Position numbers and translations under genes: made by a program. From positions 1 through 37,623 of the IMG/VR virus record IMGVR_UViG_3300047160_000628: 37,623 nt of DNA. One strand, given 5' to 3'. Of this stretch, positions 1-7,601 are shown piece by piece (the stretch's first letter is position 1; each line of letters starts with the position of its first letter). The notes under the pieces are model-generated. The model was not told the DNA's origin and ran no database searches. It worked only from the letters and a program-made list of their open reading frames with translations. The DNA comes from a virus.

Positions 1-97
1 TGGGCTCGAAGTGCCCACGCCAGCCGGTTCACGTCCAGCGCGGCGGCCTCGGCCTCGATGTCCGCGCGGATGGCGGCGAAGGTGCGGGTCGGTTCGC
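1..97. repeat. Left copy of a 97-bp exact direct terminal repeat (identical to 37527..37623). This is the signature of a circular or circularly permuted genome assembly.
   Basis: Bases 1-97 (tgggctcgaagtgcccacgcc...gggtcggttcgc) recur verbatim as the last 97 bases. The repeat lies inside a minus-strand reading frame that continues across the junction. Confidence 0.9.
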
Positions 98-221
98 CGT
101 TACCCCAGCGGTTCGCGAAATAGATCGCCATCTCGCCCCAGAGGTCGTCGAGCCGCCCTGCCGCCGTCCGTGGCTCGCTCCGTGGCCTCGCTGCGCCTTC
201 GGGGCGGTTGGTGGGGGTCAT
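1..221 (-). CDS. Hypothetical protein, 5' part of a 104-aa gene that wraps across the circular junction and continues at 37526 down to 37433
   Basis: ATG at 221 overlaps the TGA of the upstream gene (ATGA at 218..221). The hand-translated frame is GC3-rich: MTPTNRPEGAARPRSEPRTAAGRLDDLWGEMAIYFANRWGNGEPTRTFAAIRADIEAEAAALDVNRLAWALRAQ. It is not in the ORF track because the window edge truncates it. Confidence 0.6.
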   Translation of the reverse strand, partial: MTPTNRPEGAARPRSEPRTAAGRLDDLWGEMAIYFANRWGNGEPTRTFAAIRADIEAEAAALDVNRLAWALRA

Positions 222-430
222 CGGACGCAGCCACAGATAAGTTCGCCGTCGATGGTGTTGTCAACGGCCGTGCATGGATCGCTATGCGGCTTGTGCTGGC
301 AGAAGAAGCACTTGGTACGCATCGCCTCACGGACAATGCGTCGATCCGACTCGCGGACTGTGGCTGTGGGGCCTCTGCGAGCGACCGCTGTCGCCTGTTC
401 CAGCAACGCGCGGCCCTCGTCCGGGCTCAC
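218..430 (-). CDS. Small Cys-rich hypothetical protein (70 aa)
   Basis: Track ORF. ATGA overlaps at both ends (427..430 and 218..221). Cys pattern is CFFCQHKPHSDPC...ICGC. Confidence 0.6.
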   Translation of the reverse strand: MSPDEGRALLEQATAVARRGPTATVRESDRRIVREAMRTKCFFCQHKPHSDPCTAVDNTIDGELICGCVR

Positions 431-1002
431 GGTCGCTCGTCTCTTGGCGTGTCTGCGAGGGCGATCCCGAGGTCATCTATGGCCTCGCGCACGTCGTCAG
501 CCCTGAGCGTCACGCGACCCGGCTCTCCCGGCGTGTCTGCGAGGGCGGCGCGGAGAATGATGCGGGCATCCTCGTGGATGACGCAGAGACAGTGGCGACC
601 CTCTCTCTGCTCCCCGTGGTTGAGTGTGAGCATTGCTTCCAAGCCCTCGCGCAGCGCCGCCACCTGTGCCCGCAACGCCGTGAGTTCCGCGAGGATGTCG
701 GCGCGGTGGGTGCCGAACCATGCGATGGCGGCGGCGTCGGCCTTGCTGCGGAACCAGAAGCTGCCTAGGTAGTCGCCGGTCAGAAGAGCGTCGGACAACT
801 CAACGTCGGATCGAGCAGCGACCGGCTCGAAGGGGTGGTGAAACCAGTCGCTCATATCGACCTTCGGACCGTGGACGCTCTCGCCTTCCAGCGCAGCGCA
901 GATCGCATCGGCGAATTGGTGCCCGCAGAATACTGTCGGAGGCCACGGCCCCGGCGTCATCGCCACGTCGTGCTCGCGCAGCTTGTCGATGTCCACGGTC
1001 AT
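427..1002 (-). CDS. Hypothetical protein, possibly Ead/Ea22-like
   Basis: Track ORF 427..1068. The likely start is the ATG at 1002 (MTVDIDKLREH), which forms an ATGA overlap with the methyltransferase stop. The N-terminal AMTPGPW motif resembles Ea22-like phage proteins. Confidence 0.55.
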   Translation of the reverse strand: MTVDIDKLREHDVAMTPGPWPPTVFCGHQFADAICAALEGESVHGPKVDMSDWFHHPFEPVAARSDVELSDALLTGDYLGSFWFRSKADAAAIAWFGTHRADILAELTALRAQVAALREGLEAMLTLNHGEQREGRHCLCVIHEDARIILRAALADTPGEPGRVTLRADDVREAIDDLGIALADTPRDERP

Positions 1003-2069
1003 GCTGTCTCCTCGTCCCACAGTGACAACTGCGGGGATGGCGGGCGCCAGTCCATGCGCAGGTCCCACGTGCGCGGATCGGGCTGGCCCTTCGCCATCAC
1101 CACCACGTTCTGGTGGGACCGGCCTAACTTCCGGGACACCTCCATGGCGCGGGCTGCGCGCATCGGCAGCGTCCCGTACGGGTTGATGAGCACTGCGTCG
1201 TTGTACAGGCGCAGCCCGCAGTCCTGCATGGCCCGGATCGTGTCGCTGTGAAGGCCATAGTAGTGGCCCAAACGCCCGTGCTTGTCGCGCACGTCCGAGA
1301 CCACCATCACCATGAAGCGATCGTTCCGCAGCCGGTCCACGGCAGCCCGGATGATGTCCCGGTACGCCCCGAGGAAGTCAGCGTAGGTCGGTAGGTTCGA
1401 CAGGTCCCGTGGATCGTCGCTGTAGACCTCCAGATCGTAGTACGGCGGGCAGGTGAAGATCAGGTCGTACTGATCCGGCATCAGCGCCCCGACGTGGTCG
1501 GTCTGGTCCCCCAGCCGGGGCATCATGTCCAGACTGTCACCAGCGATCCAGTCGGGCGCCACCCCCAGCCGTTCGGCCTGTGCGCGGTTTGATGTCACCT
1601 GCTCCGCGCGCAGTTCGATGCCCACGTATCGATACCCGAGGTACTCGGCCACGATGCCCCGGACGCTGCCGCCAGCGAAGGGGTCGAGGATCGTGCCCCC
1701 CAGCGGGCACCACCAGCGATAGGCGCACTCGCACAGGACCGGATCGAAGATGCTGGTGCCGGGCGCCACGTTCTCCATCCCGAAGTCCGCATAATCCGGC
1801 AGGGGCGCTGCGCCCGTCAGATTGGACCGGGCGTCTGCCGCGCGCCTGCTGCCACCCCGCGCGGGCAGCCCCTCGAGTTGCATGGCAGCGGTCTTGGTGG
1901 TCAGCCCGCGCCCCAACTCCGACTCGATCCCCAGCGCCAGCCACGCCCGCCGTCGCGCCTGCCACTCGGCTGTGGTCGTGAACAAGGTGGATGTGGGCGG
2001 GACCACGAAGCGATCCGCCAGCGATGGGCGGGCCACCGGGATCTCCGCTGTGAATAGTCCGTCCGTCAC
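999..2069 (-). CDS. DNA methyltransferase (N6-adenine or N4-cytosine type)
   Basis: AdoMet-binding motif ILDPFAGGS is followed by the catalytic-type motif FTCPPYYD. The N-terminal WQARRRAWLALGIESELGRG is typical of phage DNA methylases. A GTG start at 2069 overlaps the upstream stop (GTGA). Confidence 0.75.
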   Translation of the reverse strand: MTDGLFTAEIPVARPSLADRFVVPPTSTLFTTTAEWQARRRAWLALGIESELGRGLTTKTAAMQLEGLPARGGSRRAADARSNLTGAAPLPDYADFGMENVAPGTSIFDPVLCECAYRWWCPLGGTILDPFAGGSVRGIVAEYLGYRYVGIELRAEQVTSNRAQAERLGVAPDWIAGDSLDMMPRLGDQTDHVGALMPDQYDLIFTCPPYYDLEVYSDDPRDLSNLPTYADFLGAYRDIIRAAVDRLRNDRFMVMVVSDVRDKHGRLGHYYGLHSDTIRAMQDCGLRLYNDAVLINPYGTLPMRAARAMEVSRKLGRSHQNVVVMAKGQPDPRTWDLRMDWRPPSPQLSLWDEETA

Positions 2070-2830
2070 TTCACCCTCCGCGCGACACTGGCCAGATTGC
2101 CTGCCAGCGCAGCCCTGATCACCCGCTCCACGACCACCGGGCGCTGCCGGTCGCTGTGTGGCCCGACGTACGCAGTACGCGGGCTCCAGATCACGCCCGG
2201 CAGGTCCGGGTCCTGCCCACCGTCCACGATGTACTCACGGATGGCGCCGTACCGCAGCCCCTCTGTCAGCGCCGGGCGGGACAGCAGACCGGGCCACGCG
2301 CCATTCACGATGGCCACCCCGTCCAGCGACGGAACGATCCCGTCCAGCCAGCCGGGGCCATCCGACAGGTGCAGGCTGATCACGTCAGCCGCCAGCATCG
2401 CGCCCTCGGCTGCCAGACTGTCATGGTGGACTGCCACGACCGGGCAGCGTGCCCGGCGCAGCATTCGATGCACCCGCCGTCCGACCCGGCCCAGCCCCAC
2501 CACGGCCACCAGACTGCCCACGGCAGGCGTGCGCGTGCCCCTGTACGCCCGTGCGATCTGCCGGACCGTCCACAGTGCCGTGTCATGGGTGGACCACATC
2601 TGGTGGGGCATCCAGACGGGGCTTTGCTCAATGTGGCTGGTCATCCGGGCGTGACTGCTGAGGCAGACGATGGGCGCGCCCGTGTCAGCCGGGCGGCTGT
2701 GCGTGGTCAGGACCAGATCAGGGCGCGTGCGCAGGGGCCGGAAGCGCGTATGGAGATCCACCTGCACGCCCAGTGCCCGGTATCTGTCCACGTCATCGGT
2801 GGTCAGCCGGTCGTACATTGCTACTCGCAT
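2066..2830 (-). CDS. D-isomer-specific 2-hydroxyacid dehydrogenase-like NAD-binding protein (divergent)
   Basis: Rossmann motif VAVVGLGRVGRRV. Also DVISLHL, IVNGAWPG (where the family has N-[TA]-A-R-G) and VGPHS near the C-terminus. Overlaps the PLP enzyme gene by 10 nt. Confidence 0.6.
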   Translation of the reverse strand: MRVAMYDRLTTDDVDRYRALGVQVDLHTRFRPLRTRPDLVLTTHSRPADTGAPIVCLSSHARMTSHIEQSPVWMPHQMWSTHDTALWTVRQIARAYRGTRTPAVGSLVAVVGLGRVGRRVHRMLRRARCPVVAVHHDSLAAEGAMLAADVISLHLSDGPGWLDGIVPSLDGVAIVNGAWPGLLSRPALTEGLRYGAIREYIVDGGQDPDLPGVIWSPRTAYVGPHSDRQRPVVVERVIRAALAGNLASVARRVK

Positions 2831-3600
2831 GGCTGGTCACCCAGTGGCTGGCCCACCGACCAGAAGAGCACCCTTGCGCCCATGTCGGCATGCGCACAGG
2901 CGATGCCCCATGCTGCGTGTTCGTAGCGCGGGTCTGACGGGAAGGGCGTGACCACGGGCGCCACGGGCAGGACCAACTCGAGCCTGCCTACCGTGTCCGG
3001 GGTCAGCAGCGCGCGCACCCTGTCCGCCGTATTCGCCCGGTTCATGGCGGGCACCCCGATGACGAAGCAGGCGCGGTCGTACCGCACCACCCCGATGGCC
3101 AGCGCAGCCGCGTACCCGCCTGATCCGACGCTGACGCAGTACACGTCGAAGTCATCAGGCACCTCGGCCACTGCCATGGCCGTGTGGTCCACGACCCCGG
3201 CTGTGGCGAAGCCCCACGGGATGTATTCGTACCCGCTGGTATCGGCCACGTGCCGGGCGTAGGCGCGCAGCGGCCCCAGATGACCGGGGCCGTGCAGGAA
3301 GACCGACGCGCCCAGATCAGCCGCCCGGCAGGTGTAGCCGTTCGGCTTGTAGGTATTCACGCAGGTGATCACGCCCACGCCCACCCTGCGCCCTGCGTAC
3401 GCAGCGATGGCGTGGGAATTAGATTGTGACGCCCCGGCATTCACCACGCCCCGTACGCCCTGATCGCGCAGGGCTGCCAGATACGGGATGACCCCGCGCA
3501 ACTTCCCATTCGGGAGGCCGGGGTCGTACTGGGACTCGTCCTTGACCCAGATGGGTCTGCCGCTGGGCGTACGGTACTTGCTGATTGGCGTCGCTGCCAT
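2821..3600 (-). CDS. PLP-dependent fold-type II enzyme, ACC deaminase / D-cysteine desulfhydrase family
   Basis: Motifs are VKDES...NGKLRG (compare the GNKxRK lysine motif), GASQSNSHAIAAYA (compare GGxQSNH) and the SVGSGG phosphate loop. The likely start is the ATG at 3600 (MAATPISKY), preceded by GAGGGGGA. The track ORF extends to 3702. Confidence 0.65.
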   Translation of the reverse strand: MAATPISKYRTPSGRPIWVKDESQYDPGLPNGKLRGVIPYLAALRDQGVRGVVNAGASQSNSHAIAAYAGRRVGVGVITCVNTYKPNGYTCRAADLGASVFLHGPGHLGPLRAYARHVADTSGYEYIPWGFATAGVVDHTAMAVAEVPDDFDVYCVSVGSGGYAAALAIGVVRYDRACFVIGVPAMNRANTADRVRALLTPDTVGRLELVLPVAPVVTPFPSDPRYEHAAWGIACAHADMGARVLFWSVGQPLGDQPCE

Positions 3601-3638
3601 CACGTCCCCCTCAGGACTTGGTGGTGAGGATAGGGCTA

Positions 3639-3707
3639 GGTCCCGCCTGCCGTCATCAGCAGACGGGACCAGATAGCCCGTCAGGATACTGCGGGGCGCC
3701 ACCCCGC
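3639..3707 (-). terminator. Two GC-rich hairpins downstream of the 3714 gene; candidate factor-independent terminator without a U-tract
   Basis: Hairpin 3639..3670 has 12-bp arms (ggtcccgcctgc / gcagacgggacc) with one wobble and an 8-nt loop. Hairpin 3691..3707 is gcgggg-cgcca-ccccgc. Confidence 0.4.
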
Positions 3708-3713
3708 GTGCGG

Positions 3714-4586
3714 TCAGTCAGCGGCTGCCACTGCCGCGCCCGGCAGGCTGGCCGCTTCGGGGTCTTCCGGCATGATCGCCTTGGGCTTGCGGGTCCGGGG
3801 CGCTGCTGCCTTCTTGGCTGCGTCCTTGCGGACTGCTGCCCGTGCGGCCTCGGCGGCTGCGGCCTTCGTGCCCTTGCGCGGGGTCTTGGGGGCTGCCGTC
3901 GCCTTGGGTGCCTTCGGGGTCTTGGCCGCTGGCGTGGCCTTGGCCTTCGGGGTGCCCGCTGCCGGACGCTGGTCCGCCGTGGCATTCAGGTACCCGACGT
4001 ACACCGGGCGGCAGGTCTTGCACATGCGGGCCAGCCCGTCCGCGTGCGCCTTGTTCGAGTTGAACTGCGTGATCGGGGCGCTGTGCTTCTGCACGGGCGC
4101 GGTACCGGGCGCTGCCGGGGTGCCGGGGCAGTACTTGTACTCCTGCCCGCCGTCGATGAAGTGGCCGCTGGCCAGCGTCGTGGTATCGGTCATCTGAGTG
4201 GTCTCCTTCGTGTCCGTGGTGGGGGTGGTGCGCGTCTTGCGCGGGGCGGGGGTCGTGGTGGTGATCGTCGGCTCATCCGTCTCCTTGTCGAATGTGATGT
4301 GGGCTGCCTTGATGGCCTTGGCGAGGCAGGGCGCCCATTCCACGACAGCCGTGGACCATGCGCGCTCGTAGCGCTCGGCCTCGGGCAGGTACGGGGCCAT
4401 CCCGAACCAGTCGGCCATGTCCGTGTCCGCCGTGCGGATCGCGTCCAGCAGGTCCGTACCCGTGTACGTCACAGGCTCCCGACCTGACCGGGCGGACCAG
4501 CGGGCACCCTTCTTCAGGTCCGCGCAGCCTGCCACGTGCATCTGGAAGTCGCCCCGCTGGGTCTCGGTCAGTGTTAGTGCGGTCAT
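3714..4586 (-). CDS. Putative DNA-binding protein with a zinc-ribbon-like motif and a histone-H1/HU-like Lys/Ala/Pro tail
   Basis: The likely start is the ATG at 4586 (MTALTLTE), with AGGAGA 6 nt upstream. Features are a Thr-rich linker, KYCPG...DGLARMCKTCRP, and the C-terminal tail PKAKATPAAKTPKAPKATAAPKTPRKGTKAAA...AAKKAAAPRTRKPKA. Confidence 0.5.
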   Translation of the reverse strand: MTALTLTETQRGDFQMHVAGCADLKKGARWSARSGREPVTYTGTDLLDAIRTADTDMADWFGMAPYLPEAERYERAWSTAVVEWAPCLAKAIKAAHITFDKETDEPTITTTTPAPRKTRTTPTTDTKETTQMTDTTTLASGHFIDGGQEYKYCPGTPAAPGTAPVQKHSAPITQFNSNKAHADGLARMCKTCRPVYVGYLNATADQRPAAGTPKAKATPAAKTPKAPKATAAPKTPRKGTKAAAAEAARAAVRKDAAKKAAAPRTRKPKAIMPEDPEAASLPGAAVAAAD

Positions 4587-4668
4587 CTCAGGTCTCCTGT
4601 CGCTGCTCGGCGTCGCTGCCGATGACCGAAACAATCGGTGCTCGGCAGCGACTTGTCAAGCAGGACCT
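4587..4668 (-). promoter_or_regulatory. Early-region regulatory cassette 1: promoter-like hexamers, a hairpin and a CAGCGAC x2 leader
   Basis: In minus sense: TTGACA (4659..4654), 18 nt, ATTGTT (4635..4630). An 11-bp perfect inverted repeat (4612..4622 / 4642..4652) plus inner stem ACCGA/TCGGT places TTGTT in the apical loop. This is followed by CAGCGAC-gccgag-CAGCGACAGGAGA, 6 nt, then ATG. Confidence 0.55.
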
Positions 4669-4848
4669 TCAGCCCAGTACGATCAGTTCTGCGACCCCGA
4701 AGGCGAGGGCGCACTGCATGCCCCACAGGCGCACCAGCACGGTCCCGCTGGCGCCCTGTGCCCGGATGTCAGTGACCACGCCCCTGCGCCCGGCATAGGC
4801 GGTCTGGTGCGACCCTGACACCCGGACGATGCTGCCGACCCGGATCAT
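4669..4848 (-). CDS. Small hypothetical protein (59 aa), possibly a KOW/SH3-like beta protein
   Basis: Not in the track, being one residue below the 60-aa cutoff. ATG at 4848 forms an ATGA overlap with the upstream stop. The hand-translated, GC3-rich frame is MIRVGSIVRVSGSHQTAYAGRRGVVTDIRAQGASGTVLVRLWGMQCALAFGVAELIVLG, ending in TGA at 4669. Confidence 0.65.
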   Translation of the reverse strand: MIRVGSIVRVSGSHQTAYAGRRGVVTDIRAQGASGTVLVRLWGMQCALAFGVAELIVLG

Positions 4849-5624
4849 CGCCCGGACCCGATCTGGCGCGTCCCCACGCCCACCTGCGTCTGGCCCAGAT
4901 CAGCCCGGTTCGCAGCGTCGCGCCCCAGCGTCGCGCCCACTGCGTCCGCGCTGTACCCGCGCGCCTTGCCCAGTTCCGGGAAGCGCGCCACGCGGGCTGC
5001 CTCCACGATGGTGTCCCGCTGGACCAGCAGGGCGCTGGCATTCGGGACCGTGGCCACGACCTGCGTCTCGAGTTCGCGCAGCCGCTGCCCGATCCGGGTG
5101 GCGTAGCCCACCAGATACCCGGTCAGGAACTTGGACTTGCCGGTCCCGGTCAGGGCGCCGTATCGCTTCCAGTCCGCCTGCCCGAAGTGCATGCCCTGTG
5201 TCAGCAGGCTGGTCCACAGGACCTTGGCCGCTGCGATGTCGGACGGGAAGCCGATCATCACGCCCCAGCGCTCGCGCTCGGTATGCTCGCGGGTGCTGCC
5301 GGACCTGCGCCCGGTCCAGTAATAGTTCCGGGTGCCGTACATGAAGAACTGCACGTGGCAGGCGCGGGCCACGTGGCCCATCAGGGCGCCCCGCCCGACA
5401 GCGTTCTTGCCGTCCGGGGCGTACATCACGTCCTCGATGCTGGGATCATCGGCTGCGGTCCGGGCGCCATGTGCCTGTCGGGCGGCTGCCTCGTCGATGC
5501 TGTGGCGCAGCATGAGTTCATGCGCCTTGGCGAGGAAGGCATCGGCCTCGTGCTCGTTATCGGTCCCCTCGGCCTTCGCCAGCAGGGCACCGATCTTGCG
5601 CATCGTGTCGTCGGGGGTGGCCAT
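4845..5624 (-). CDS. Hypothetical protein with a DUF2786-like N-terminus
   Basis: Track ORF. The N-terminus MRKIGALLAKAEGTDNEHEADAFLAKAHELMLRHSI matches the DUF2786 pattern common in phages. GGGAGA lies 8 nt upstream of the ATG. Confidence 0.6.
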   Translation of the reverse strand: MATPDDTMRKIGALLAKAEGTDNEHEADAFLAKAHELMLRHSIDEAAARQAHGARTAADDPSIEDVMYAPDGKNAVGRGALMGHVARACHVQFFMYGTRNYYWTGRRSGSTREHTERERWGVMIGFPSDIAAAKVLWTSLLTQGMHFGQADWKRYGALTGTGKSKFLTGYLVGYATRIGQRLRELETQVVATVPNASALLVQRDTIVEAARVARFPELGKARGYSADAVGATLGRDAANRADLGQTQVGVGTRQIGSGR

Positions 5625-5725
5625 CGTGTCATCTCCCTGTCGCTGTCGCGCCCGCCGTCGCTGTGGTGGGCTGCTGGGACGAACACTAGCGAGTGCCCGC
5701 CCCAGCCGTCAAGCAGTACTTCGGG
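5625..5725 (-). promoter_or_regulatory. Early-region regulatory cassette 2
   Basis: In minus sense: GAAGTACTGC-TTGACG (5712..5707), 18 nt, TAGTGT (5688..5683). The flanking inverted repeat is gctggg/cccagc (5673..5706). This is followed by CAGCGAC, 11 nt, CAGCGACAGGGAGATGAC, then ATG at 5624. Confidence 0.5.
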
Positions 5726-6046
5726 TCAGTCCTTCCCCCACCCCAGCGGCAGGTCCGCGCCCTCGAGGTCATCGATCATCGACTCGATCTCGTCCAGATC
5801 GGTGGCGTCGGGGTCAATGTTCAGGTTCGTGATCTCGCCCAGCTTCTCGCCTGTCGGGCTGCTGTCGCGCAGTCCCTCGGGCATGTTGTCGTACCAGTCC
5901 TGATACTCGGACTGGAGGTCCTGTAGGTCGGTCAGGGCGCTGCTGATGTCCACCAGTGCGCTGCGCGCGGCCTCCAGTGCCGTGCGTGCATCACCACAGG
6001 CTGATGCCCAGCGCGTGGTCCGTGATTGCTGCCGTAGTCGTGTCAT
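5726..6046 (-). CDS. Hypothetical acidic protein (106 aa)
   Basis: Track ORF 5726..6223. The likely start is the ATG at 6046 (MTRLRQQS), with AGGAGA 6 nt upstream. The remainder of the protein is ...LQSEYQDWYDNMPEGLRDS... Confidence 0.55.
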   Translation of the reverse strand: MTRLRQQSRTTRWASACGDARTALEAARSALVDISSALTDLQDLQSEYQDWYDNMPEGLRDSSPTGEKLGEITNLNIDPDATDLDEIESMIDDLEGADLPLGWGKD

Positions 6047-6093
6047 CTCGTATCTCCTGTCTGTCGCTGTCCGGGTGCCGATCTGGCCCCGCT

Positions 6094-6133
6094 GCTGCCG
6101 GGTGGGGCGCCTGTCACGCCCAGACCCGGCAGC
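6094..6133 (-). terminator. Strong hairpin 8 nt downstream of the 6142 gene stop (terminator or processing site)
   Basis: 10-bp perfect arms gctgccgggt (6094..6103) / acccggcagc (6124..6133), plus an inner 5-bp stem gggcg/cgccc and a 7-nt loop. No U-tract follows. Confidence 0.45.
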
Positions 6134-6141
6134 CGTGGTGA

Positions 6142-6972
6142 TCAGATGCCGAAGCCCCGCCCCGAGCAGATGGGGCCGATCCCCGCTGCGATGCTGGACT
6201 CGTCTGTCAGGGTCCGCCCGCACACGCAGCAGACCCCGTACAGCCGCCCGAAGGCCTGTGCGTCCTCGAGGGACATCTTGTCGGCTGCCGTCAGCCGGGT
6301 GATCGCGCCCGGTGCGTACTCGAACGAGCCCGTCCTGCTGGCCTCGTCCACGACCAGCCGCTTGGCGTACAGATTGCCCGATCCATTGACCGCCCGCTGA
6401 ACCTTCCAGATCGTGCCGTCAGCGGTCTTGTACATGCCGTCCGCATCGACGCGGGCTGCGGGACGCCACGCCTGCGCCTGCTGGACGGGTTGAGCCGGGC
6501 GAGCGACCCATGCCCGGTACTGATCGTCGGCAGCGATCTCGCGGGCGATCTGGGCGGCCTCAGCGCGCTGTGCGTCGCGCGCCTTGCCGGTCAGCAGGGC
6601 ATCCACCTGTCGGTCCGTCAGGTGCAGCCACTTGGTGCCCCAGCGGCTGTCAGCGCGGATGTCCAGCGGCAGACCCCATGTGCCCGTGTATGCGGCCACG
6701 TACGCGATGGCTTCGGCATGTCGCGCGCTGGCTACTGGGTTGGCGACGCCCGTTCCGGTGGATGTGCGCGGGGCCACGTCGCTGTCATCAGCGGGCGCTG
6801 CGGTCCAGCCGAGGCGATCATAGTACTCGCGGTACGTGACGCCATGCTTGTCGAGGAACTCTTGGTCGATGTCCGCATCGGCCATCGCGCGCCCGGCCTT
6901 GGTCGTCAGGTCCACGAGGCGACGCCCGCCCCCGCTGTGCCCGCTGGTGATGTACTTCTGTGTCATCGTCAT
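6142..6972 (-). CDS. Hypothetical protein with a DUF6011-like C-terminal Cys motif
   Basis: Track ORF 6142..7029. The start is the ATG at 6972 or, better spaced from GGGAG, the ATG at 6966 (MTQKYITSG). The C-terminus GRLYGVCCVCGRTLTDESSIAAGIGPICSGR matches the CxxCGRxLT...GIGPxC motif seen in phage proteins. Confidence 0.6.
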   Translation of the reverse strand: MTMTQKYITSGHSGGGRRLVDLTTKAGRAMADADIDQEFLDKHGVTYREYYDRLGWTAAPADDSDVAPRTSTGTGVANPVASARHAEAIAYVAAYTGTWGLPLDIRADSRWGTKWLHLTDRQVDALLTGKARDAQRAEAAQIAREIAADDQYRAWVARPAQPVQQAQAWRPAARVDADGMYKTADGTIWKVQRAVNGSGNLYAKRLVVDEASRTGSFEYAPGAITRLTAADKMSLEDAQAFGRLYGVCCVCGRTLTDESSIAAGIGPICSGRGFGI

Positions 6973-7048
6973 CTCCCTGTCGCTGCCGGGGTCGCTGTCC
7001 CGATGTGCGAACAATCGCCCCGGCAGCACAGGCTGTCAAGCAGTACTT
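6973..7048 (-). promoter_or_regulatory. Early-region regulatory cassette 3
   Basis: In minus sense: GAAGTACTGC-TTGACA (7039..7034), 18 nt, ATTGTT (7015..7010). The inverted repeat is ctgccgggg (6983..6991) / ccccggcag (7018..7026), with an inner GCG/CGC stem around the ATTGTT loop. This is followed by CAGCGAC-cccgg-CAGCGACAGGGAGATGAC. Confidence 0.55.
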
Positions 7049-7339
7049 CTAGGTCCAGTCCTCGCGTGGCGTCAGGTGCAGGGGCGTGCCGGGCCAGTAC
7101 CAGACGCGCCCGACAGGGGGCAGCGTCAGCAGGGTGTCAGCGATGGACTGGAGTCTGTGGGTCTGGTAATCCAGCAGCCCGTCCGGGGCGCCTGCCAGTG
7201 CGACCTGCGCCCGGCTGATGTGGACCAGCGCCATGGCCATCTGGTCCGCCAGATCGGGGTCCCAGCCGTGGGCCTCGAGCCTGCGTCGCAGGGTCTGGGT
7301 GGTCTGGGCGTGGAGGGGCGGGTCCTGCTGCGCTGTCAT
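7049..7339 (-). CDS. Hypothetical protein (96 aa)
   Basis: C-terminal part of track ORF 7049..7765. ATG at 7339 (MTAQQDPPLH) forms an ATGA overlap with the stop of the upstream gene at 7336. Confidence 0.55.
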   Translation of the reverse strand: MTAQQDPPLHAQTTQTLRRRLEAHGWDPDLADQMAMALVHISRAQVALAGAPDGLLDYQTHRLQSIADTLLTLPPVGRVWYWPGTPLHLTPREDWT

Positions 7340-7566
7340 CGTCGTGCCGCCATCCGCTCGCGGGCGGCAGCCTGTGCCTGCGCAGACCAGCGGGTGTACG
7401 CCTCGTCGATGGGCAGGTACAGGTCGGACATCAGGGTGTCGGCCACCCCGCGCAGTCCGACCTCCTCGCACAGGCGGATGACCCGCCTGAGCGCGTGCAT
7501 GTCGTTCAGGGCGTCGGATCGACGGTTGGCGTCCGCCATGTCGCGCCCGGTGGGGTCTGCTGTCAT
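7336..7566 (-). CDS. Hypothetical protein (76 aa)
   Basis: Track ORF 7336..7680. The likely start is the ATG at 7566 (MTADPTGRD), preceded by AAGGAGAA. Confidence 0.55.
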   Translation of the reverse strand: MTADPTGRDMADANRRSDALNDMHALRRVIRLCEEVGLRGVADTLMSDLYLPIDEAYTRWSAQAQAAARERMAARR

Positions 7567-7601
7567 CGTGGGTTCTCCTTGCTGGGGGTGCCGTGGGTCC
7601 A

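Noticed and set aside
3585-4487. A long plus-strand ORF (300 aa). Similar ones are at 18717..19739, 30915..31859, 36026..36970, 6836..7726, 13147..13989 and 11..772.
   Set aside because: All of them lie antisense to minus-strand genes with clear protein motifs. They are Arg/Gly/Pro/Ala-rich with low-complexity runs and have no SD-like sequence or coupling to neighbours. This is typical shadow-ORF behaviour in high-GC DNA.
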